A DNA stretch of 60,326 nt, counting the filler, from Hausera hauseri (taxonomy: Eukaryota), in the NCBI GenBank assembly GCA_046269625.1. It is 12 parts of 12 records of this genome, joined end to end, with 100 filler letters (N's around TTAATTAATTAA, not from the genome) between each part and the next. Parts side by side here need not be neighbours in the genome. Positions count along the whole stretch, not along the records: positions 51,301 to 55,615 come from JBJURY010639219.1; positions 55,716 to 60,326 come from JBJURY010505575.1; 10 more parts are not named here. One strand, given 5' to 3'. The notes below the pieces were generated by a model that was not told the DNA's origin, searched no databases, and worked only from the letters and a program-made list of their open reading frames with translations. Numbering within the stretch: position 1 is the first letter of the stretch; every line of letters begins with the position of its first letter. Position numbers and translations under genes: made by a program. Below are positions 51,301-60,326 of the stretch, one piece after another.

Positions 51301-51832
51301 GATTGATTTCGGTTTTCCAAATCTGTAAATCCATTTCACCAGCATGCACTCGATAATTGTTTCTTCCCTCTGCGTCCATATTTCTGTTAAACTCACCAGC
51401 TTTGAAAACTGATCAATAATAACCAACATAGATGTGTTACGACCCCTTAAACAATCAACTCACATTGACAATTAACATTTTTGTAACTTCGATTCAAATA
51501 CTTTTGTTTTGTTTTTCCTGTAAGCCCCACATGATGGGCATTTTTATTCATCTGCTCTTTGTACAGGAACGTGTACCCAGCTTGGTAACAGCTTTATAGT
51601 TTTGAAATTTTAAAAATCAATTTGTGAATTAATAATTTTAAAAATCAATTTGTAAAATATATCAAAATAGAATGAAACGCAATAATAGCGAAATTCTAAA
51701 TTTAAAATTGAAATATAGAACGAATACGGCACAATTGCGAACTTGCTAAAATTAAAATCGACGTATATAAATGAGATGCAATTCGTAAATAAAGACATCA
51801 TCACACATCGTTATCACATCGTTATTATAATT

Positions 51833-52135
51833 ATATTCCGAGGAATCCTGATCGTCGATTGTGTCGAAACAGGTATATCGTACAAAGGTTTTGAATATAT
51901 TTAATGATATAATAGCAAATATTGAAGAAAACAATTCATTCAAAGTAGATAACCTTTAACAATATTCAAATCATTATCTCTAAATATTCCAAAGAATTCT
52001 GATTGTCGATTGTGTCGAAACAGGTATATCGTACAGAGGTTTTGAATATATTTAATGATATAACAGCAAATATTGAAGGAAAACAATCCATTCGAAGAAG
52101 ATAACCTTTAACGATATTCAAATCATTATCTCTAA
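51833..52135. repeat. Tandem duplication, two copies of about 151 bp
   Basis: ATATTCC...GATTGTGTCGAAACAGGTATATCGTAC...TCATTATCTCTAA starts at 51833 and again at 51984, with few substitutions. Confidence 0.95.
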
Positions 52136-55100
52136 TGGCAGAAGGACGAAGTAACGCGAATGATTACAACTCAGAAGGTAAAATTATAATGCTGTTACCT
52201 CATCATTTATGTAAATTTGTAATTAAATATAGTTTTTAAAAATGAAATTTAATTATACGCGTAGGCACCTGTCTAAGAATACAGAAGTTTAGCGATGGAT
52301 GACCATAGCCCAGAGAAAGTGATTGAGTTACAGATACGCCCGATGTCCAACCAACGCTACCTTGGGTGAAGACGATGAGGAAAGAAACGAAGTGTTGATG
52401 TGAGCCCCTTCGAATAAGCAACGAATTGGCCATTGATCTGAAGCCTCAGGCATCGATAGAGTCCTTGACGGAACCTGAAAGCAAGAGTTTTGATAGATCA
52501 AATTGGCTTTGAATAAATTATCATAGTTTTGGATGATGAGAACCCTGTTTGCGAGTTTATAAAAGATAAATTCAAATATTAATATGAGGGGTGAGAAGTA
52601 ATTACTTATCTGTGCAAATGCTATGGGTGATATTGCTAGTGACATTGCTGGTATAAATTGATAGATTTCATGAACTGTATTGAATGATCGGATGATTACG
52701 AACAGAGCAGAATTTATGATCGAGCAACTTAACTTCGATATGTCTATAATGGACATGATTAGTGGAAGTATATGAAAAAAATGGCGGCTAAAATGGGGGC
52801 AACTATTGAAAGGATCTGAGGATCATCTGTGGGAAATGTGAACCATAATATATCTGATGTAGAAAGGGTGACACAAAAGGGAAATAATCAAATAAATTGA
52901 AAGTCAAGGCAAACTGGCGTTATAATCCTTCGGAAACCAGATGACTTTACCCCAATTGAGTTTTGAGCGGATGATGTCGCGCGTAGTTGTAAATCATACA
53001 TTTCGGATTAGTATGGAGGATTACCTGTACTTGTTGACTAAACCTTATTTGTAATGAATCACGGTGTTTAATTTAGTTTCTATTATTTTACTGCGATTCC
53101 TTTTTAGATTAATGATGAATATGGGTTTATAATTGCGGCCCTGTAACGGTGTGGTATCCTTTTGGGTTCTGTTAGGACTTATGGTATTGCTGCCGCATAG
53201 TGGTGGTATGGGAGCAGTATTGATTTATAAGTTTGAGATTAAATTAGTCGTGATTTTGGATTGGTTGCTTGTATCGATGGTTAAATTAATATGGTCCCGC
53301 ACTAACTGCGATTCGTAAACGTTTCATATTTGGGATTTTTTTGGACATTAATATTACAACACATCAGTAATAGATAATTGCTGCGAAGTTGAGTTGTGAG
53401 AATGGAGACGAGAATAATCTTTCTTTGAAAGCGTTAGGCCTACAAAACATTCAGATCTACCCCGGTTTCAAAGGGGCGAATGAGACTACTCTAATGAAGT
53501 CACTATATAAAATGGTTGCGAAGGATCCATGGGTGATCGTCAAACGTGAATAGTGGTATGCTGAGGAGTCGACATGAGTGATAGCCGTCATGATACGGAC
53601 GGTGGGAGCATTCCATGGTAATATAGTCAAGGATAAATAATATTATAAATGGGCTTGAATATATCAACCAAAAGATAAGCACGCATACACTCACGCTCAT
53701 ACATCCACGTATAATAAAATGAAGAGAAGAATAAACATTGAAATAAACATTGTCAGGTAAATAGTAGATGCATGGACATATCACAAACACCTAAAATGTC
53801 GATCGTATAATTATAAGTCTGAAATTAATATAGTTACTTTTCCAGATGGCAATCGTTGGACTGATTTTCTTTTATTAGTTGTTCATTGATTGTGCTATTA
53901 GTCAATTGGTATTATGTTAACATTAATTACATGGAAAGGTATGCAGTAATAACTATAATCCTTTTGCCCTATTTTCATTTGCCATGTTTAAAAAATATTT
54001 AACAATTGAGCTAAATTATTCGTCGCTAGGAAAGGAATTAATAAGCTTTGCTGTGTTTGAATAAGTGATAGAGGTGAGAATAAACTGACGATCATGAGAG
54101 ACAATGAAACCTGAGATTGTTGTATCGTGTTGTGAGAAGATTTTATGGGGAGCACGTGAAATATTGGAGATCTTGGGTGTTGATCATAATGATTATTGTG
54201 TTAATATTCGAAATGGTGTCTGAGATAGTTGATCCCTTTGATTATCATTGTTAAGTACCATGGAAGGGTTGTAAAAAATGGGATTAATGAACTCACAAAC
54301 CCAGATCGTGAGACGAGCGAAGAGATTATGGTTAACTAACAAGAAGAAGTGAATGTATTTCTCAGCAAATGTAGGTATCCTAAATTTTTATGTTGTGACG
54401 AGATAAAGGTCCAAAGACGACCCCTGTACCAACATGTTTAACCTTGACCTTATACATATGTATACGTAATGTATAGTGTAAAACTACGACAGATGAGAAC
54501 CGACTACTATCCCAGTATATTTTCGAGTTGAATAGCGATTCCCTTAATAATACAATATCACCCTCTTTTATTGCCTGACATACCGACCAACTTGGATTGG
54601 ACGATGGAATTTATGATGGCCACATTAATTCTTTTATAGATTTTCTTAACTGCTTTATGTTTATAATTTAATAAACTATATTTTGTAAATTTGAATTTAA
54701 TTTGAACTTTACGTATTGGGATATGACCTTGTGAGTCTCGATTTTTACATGTTTGGTGTACCAGCATAATAATTGTTCAGGAGAAAGGCATTTTATATTT
54801 GGTGTTAAAGTTAATGGAACGCTTATAAACATCTTGGTGTTCCGGTTTCTGTAGAAATTTATATGATAGATGACAGTCACTGAAATTGATAGAATTGATA
54901 GAGGTCAATATTATGAATATGGAGAACATTCAATCGATTATGATGTAGAACCCAGTTGCAGTGAAGATTTTAAGCATCATTAATAGAAAATACATAATGC
55001 GCAATATCGGATCGAGTGAAAGCAGAATTCTAGTAAGAGTATATAACTATATGAAGTTACAAGATGTTCTGATGTTTAAATTTACGAGATACGATTCAGC

Positions 55101-55615
55101 CTGTAGGTGTATATCCTTAATGGAAATTAAGATGTGTACCATACCTTGTATACTACGCATTATTTCGGGATTATTGTGCATTAGTTTCTTTTAAATACCA
55201 GAGATGAAGAAAATACAGTTATATGGAGAATACGCATTGGCACAAGGAACATAACACTTCTATCATGACCCAATAATCATAGGCGCAGGTATTTTATATA
55301 CCGAACCGCCCTCGGACTTGCCCTTCAGGTATTTCTTTAAGAATCGTTATATGTTGCCCCAAATGATGAAGTACTCGAACGAATACATAATCCTATCTTA
55401 ACCTGATCAATGAGCAACATATAAACTGGTGCCCCGAGTGAGGATCACCATATTGCTAAAACAATCAATGATTTTAAGGTAAATTCTTACTTGGATTTCG
55501 GAATTCAGATGATGACAGATACGCACCACTACGATGTAAAATATGCTGTGGATTGCTCGGAAGAAATTATGCATTGCTGCGATGCACACACATTATGTGT
55601 GTCAAATGTGCAGAT

Positions 55616-55715
55616 NNNNNNNNNNNNNNNNNNNNNNNNNNNNNNNNNNNNNNNNNNNNTTAATTAATTAANNNNNNNNNNNNNNNNNNNNNNNNNNNNN
55701 NNNNNNNNNNNNNNN
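55616..55715. other. Artificial contig-joining linker
   Basis: N44-TTAATTAATTAA-N44. Confidence 0.99.
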
Positions 55716-55985
55716 ATTTTGCCAGAGAACTAAACAAACGAAACGGCGAAGCACGTACACTCGCAGCTTCTCTTTTGTAACAAGAAAGCATTCTTAAGCA
55801 TATTGTAATAAGAACATTCCGAACATCTTTTTCTGTGAGTTTAGCCATAAGACTAGCTAAACCATCCATAGCAGCATTAATAAGTTTATCATCCGTACCC
55901 TGTCTATCATCCATTCCCATCAGCAATGTCGAAATTAATGATGTAGAATGTTTCTGAACTAAAGCATCTGTACATTTCCCAAAAG
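55716..55985 (-). pseudogene. MROH1: Maestro HEAT-repeat protein fragment
   Basis: KHSTSLISTLLMGMDD...AAMDGLASL...DVRNVLITICLRMLSCYKREAASVRASPFRLFSSL resembles MROH1 LLTAMIGGLDD...EAMLGLARL...AIRIRPFFDSE...RTASIRLFGHL. Confidence 0.7.
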
Positions 55986-55989
55986 TTCA

Positions 55990-56860
55990 GTTGGCTTGAA
56001 ACTTTCTTTTATTATAATGTGATGAATAAATTTTGGCAGACGAATGAATAAGGCCATCATCGATATTATTACGACAACGATAGTTATTCGATCTTCTTGT
56101 TGCGTTTCGTTGACAATGACAAAGTTCTTAATGGAATTTTTATATTTTGTTACGTTATCGTTTGTTACCGGCTTTCTCGACAAAGGAATTCCCTTTTCAC
56201 CATATAAAACAATTATGGCAATCAATGCGAACAGAATGGCAATCAACGGACCAAAATATTCCAATGGAACTTTTAACCAATGCGTTATTAAATTATAATA
56301 AAATTCATAATTACCAGCTTTAGTTAAAAATACCGAGTACTTTTTGTGCGATAACAGTTTCGGAGTTAATTCGAAAATTTTCAGAAATGTAAACGCGAAC
56401 AGTAACAGCATGATAATAGCGATCAGTGTAATGGATGCCTTCACTGAAAATATAAGTTTGGCATGTTTTTCCATGTTGTTGATATAAATAACGTTCGACT
56501 GTCGGACAGACAAGAATCCAGGAACTTGAAACTTCCAGAAATGATTGAAGTGGAACGAAATATAGAACTGTAATGGCAACATACTTAGCATAGGTAGTTT
56601 TTTGTTTTGTATACGAATAATGAAAAATGGCACAGTCGATGTAAATGGATAGGAGACTGAGTAATAAGTCACACGTTGCAATAGCTGATAGAAGTATGTC
56701 TGTTCCATGTTTGTGACCGTAGAATGTGAATGATGGTAAATACGAAATATTCATAACAAATGCCACTAAAAAATAGCTAAACTGATGATACCAAGGTATG
56801 TATAATTATATGGCCCTGACCAATTTGGAAAACAAAACCAAACATCGAAGCAGTTATTCG
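55990..56860 (-). pseudogene. Class A (rhodopsin-like) peptide GPCR, frameshifted and truncated after TM6
   Basis: ILLSAIATCDLL (TM2), SSWILVCPTVERY (TM3), YFGPLIAILFALIAII (TM5) and EDRITIVVVIISMMALFIRLP (TM6), split over ORFs 56766-56320 and 56708-55959. Confidence 0.8.
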
Positions 56861-57269
56861 GAATTACTTTCGTAGTTGACCAGTAACTTGCTCGTTTAGC
56901 TGATTGACACGTTGGTCATTGCAGGGAACGGGGTCTGACCATGAGTTATCATCTCGTACCCTACAATGTCGTACGATCAAACATCTGATTTTATTGTGAT
57001 CTTCGAAACTTTTTTGAGATATTTGTCTCGTCAATTGATTAGTTGTATTTGACAACGATAAACCAGACATTGACCATTCGTTTGGATAAAGGTAACTTGA
57101 TGAATAAAATTGAGCGGTAGCAACACTTGACATAACTGTTCATAAAATTGGGTAAACTTATAGGGAAAATTAATGGAACCATATCTTGCATACTATGGTC
57201 GTTTAGGAGAGTAACTTGACGTTCTGACTTGATATTAACATCGGAGTTTTCGATACATTCATTTTTTGG

Positions 57270-57373
57270 GGCAGAAAATCGGGGCCTGCCTATGTGCCCG
57301 ACGCGCCGGCAGCAAAAATCCGGCCGTGCCCACCCGAATGGGCCAGAGGGCGCCGGCCGCTGTGGGCACCACA
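57270..57373 (-). repeat. GC-rich LTR fragment
   Basis: The minus strand begins TGTGGTGCC at 57373, the same start as the LTR at 14338; it is a sharp GC-rich island. Confidence 0.5.
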
Positions 57374-57399
57374 AGTATAGTCTACCAAATTCAAAATTT

Positions 57400-59690
57400 G
57401 CAAGACGACAATGCAGCCCTACATCAAGCCATATAGGCCATCTCTAGCAAAATTGACGCTTTGGCTCTGCCGCATCGTGGTCGTTTTATAGCGGATCGAA
57501 GCAGACAGTCGTCCGCAAACTCTAAGCACGTCCAGTCACCTTCGCGACAAATGGTGTGTTATTATCACACCAAATTCAATAGAAATGCCAAAAAATGCTG
57601 TATAGGCTGCAAGTTCTATACGCAACGTTTCCAGTCAGACGATGCGGTCTGCATATATCACAATAAGTTTAAAGACAATGCAGAACGCTGCTTATGTGGA
57701 TGTAAATTTAACACTCCGAAAACTCCAATATCTTCATCTATTCAATAAAACGTCCAAAGCCGCCAGAAACCACGGCGAATTCTGGCAAATGTCATTTTTT
57801 CCGTTTTGACTGCCGTACTTCTACCAATAGCGTTTTCTTATTGGATGCTGCACTCACATCTTTTCTTCATCACTAAATTCATGATCGATTCAGGTGCAGA
57901 TGTTTCATTACTACCTTCATCTTTCACATCACCAAAAATGCTCTCTACGTTTACTGAACTTTTCACCGCAAATGGGGAAACATTAGGTATTTTTGGTGCC
58001 GTAGAAATGTCTTTCACCCTGCCACATTTTTCTGATGTCTTTCAATGGAAGTTCATTGTTGCAGATATTAAAACACCAATTTTAGGGTCTGATTTTTTAT
58101 CGCACTACAACTTACTAGTTGATTGCAGGCAACACCGTGTGATTATAAGTACAATCAATTATACAAGAGCACAAAATTTTGCACCACTTGTCGCGCAGTT
58201 GGCTGTAGCGCCGAAATCTATATTAAAGAAATCTGTTATCAAATCAGATAAATTGACTGTTGATAACTCCGATTGTGACGCCTCCATTCATGCAGTAACA
58301 ACACAAACAATTGCCAACACCGACACAACCTCTCACCTCACCTCACCATTAATGCAACTAGATACAGCTCTTCGTGACTACATTACAATTTCGTGTCCTA
58401 GAACATTGAAGAAAGACCCAAATTTCAAGCCTGCTTCTACGAAATACCATCACATTGTCACTGAACACCAAAGACCAATTAAACAGAAGGTTAGGCCACT
58501 TTCTCCACGCAGACGCAAAGCTGTGAAATTGGAGTTCAATGAATTAGGAAAGGTAGGAATTAGAAGAAGATCAAAGTCACCTTTAGCCTCACCTCTACAC
58601 GTAGTGCCCAAGAAGGGCGGTACCTTCAGGCCCTGTGGTGATTATCGCCAATTAAACACCATTACGATAGTGGACGCATATCCATTACCGCTCATCAGCG
58701 ATATTTTACACAGACTCAATTGCAACACCATATTTTCATCCATCGATCTTCATAAAGCCTACCATCAGATTCCTGTCTTACCTGCTAACATACCAAAAAC
58801 AGCTGTGACAACACCATTCGGCCTTTTTGAGTATGTTTTCATGCCGTTTGGTCTACGTAGTGCCTATCAAACATTTCAAAGGCACATAGATACAATTCTC
58901 GCTGGTCTAAACTTTGCATTTCCTTACATAGATGACATTCTCATAGCTTCGACATCTCCTAAGCAACATTCTGAGCACTTACGCATCGTTTTTCAATTCC
59001 TCCACCAAAATAATTTAGAAGTAAATTTCGCCAAGTGTTCCTTTTCCAACACAAGATCCATTTTCTTGGTCATGTTATCATTAAATTTGGCCACTCTCCT
59101 TAGCAAGACCGCATAACTCAGCTTACGAACATCCATTTGCCACTAACAACAACTGAAATGCGCTGTTTTCTTGGCACACTCCACTTTGTTCACAAATATG
59201 TGCCACATTACTCTGAGTTAACCGCACCTTTTGCCTCTTTATCATCTGAAAAGAAGAAACAACTAATTCACTGGATTCCCAAACGTGTCAACCAGTTTGA
59301 CCATTTACATAAAAGTTTAAAAACTGAAAATTCTAGCGTACCCCAAGCCTGACACAGAGTTAATATTAATCACAGATGCCTCTACCACAGCAGTCGGCGC
59401 AATACTGCATAAAATTTCTAATGTCGTCAACGAGCCTCTGGAATTTTATTCTCGGAAACTTACACCACCAGAGAGCTATTAGCTATAGTATTAGCTATAA
59501 AACACTTCTCGCATTTGTTAATTACCAGGTCTTTCACAATCCAAACTGACTACAAACCTCTCATTTACATCATGGATATGAAAACTCCTTCACCTCGACA
59601 AGAACGTCACATATCGTACTTGCCGACATTCAATTTTAAAATGGTACATATTTCAGACACTGACAATTTGGTCGCCGATTTTTTGTCGAA
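57400..59690 (+). mobile_element. Ty3/Gypsy gag-PR-RT-RH (family A), partly intact
   Basis: Double CHCC knuckle, FMIDSGADVS, ASPLHVVPKKGGTFRPCGDYRQLN, KTAVTTPFGLFEY, PYIDDILIAS, TDAS and RQERHISYL. Confidence 0.95.
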
Positions 59691-60326
59691 ATCGAATAAA
59701 GAGTTGGATTCTTATCTTCAACAGCTGGTGTTTCATCAGTTGGTTGATTTATTATCTCAGTCTGTCTGTGAATTGATTTCTTAATTAAGTATAATTCTTT
59801 TGTTACAGGTTTCAGAAAATGTTGTATCGCTTCTTCTGTTGAGGATGGAAAGGTGTATAAAGATATAGATATTTATCTTCAATGGATGGTTGATGTTCAA
59901 CCGTTTGTTGATCTTTTATCCTGTCAATTGATTTATTAATTAAGTGTAGTTCTTTTGTTACAGGTTTCTGAAAATATCGTATCTCTTCTTTTGTTAAAAT
60001 GTTTTGATTTTTAACTTGCATTTCTTGCTTATTATATTCATCATAATTTTTAATCACTTTTATTAATAATTTTCCTTGAATTTAAATAATTTTCCATCTT
60101 AAAAGGCAATAAAGTAAATTGCTCAATTTTTGGGCAAGGATTGAGAACTACTCCCTGTCCTTCGCTAACCTCACATTTACATCCGCCTTTAAATGTTTTT
60201 AATACTTTGTAAAATGTTTCTTTTCACCATTAGATAAAGAAACATCTTGTTTTGCCCTTTGGTCCCTCCCATGAGAAAAATTTAATGAAAAATTAATATT
60301 CAAATTTTCATCTGATTTTTCGGTGT

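Noticed and set aside
51833-52135. Direct repeats as a possible CRISPR array or LTR pair
   Set aside because: Only two adjacent 151-bp copies, no spacers and no TG...CA ends; a simple tandem duplication.

Overview
This is not one locus. It is a pseudomolecule of 12 short contigs (about 4.2-7 kb each) joined by an artificial 100-bp linker (44 N + TTAATTAATTAA + 44 N). Eleven contigs come from an AT-rich animal genome with very short (about 42-45 nt) introns; one (41641-46073) looks like teleost fish DNA (DIRS, Harbinger and fish NLR fragments). Most of the window is decayed mobile DNA: a Ty3/Gypsy family with a doubled CHCC knuckle (four contigs), a hAT transposase, and Polinton/Maverick pPolB pieces with AGTAGT termini. 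The most striking system is a Ty3/Gypsy-type retroelement family seen on three contigs (29961-34471, 34572-41540, 46174-51200). A chuvirus-like envelope glycoprotein lies upstream of, and in frame with, protease-RT-RNaseH-integrase, with no gag in between. A second, fast-evolving type-I membrane protein (signal peptide, FN3-like domain, Thr-rich stalk, TM) is fused in frame after integrase. Second, host genes appear as chimeras of unrelated genes: SPG11::PTPN23(BRO1)::hexokinase in one 4-kb uninterrupted ORF, CCT3::XRN2 in frame, and a frameshifted GPCR::MROH1, amid many internal deletions. All family assignments are from motif recognition by eye and recalled consensus sequences; none were confirmed by a search. 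Boundaries of decayed features are approximate.
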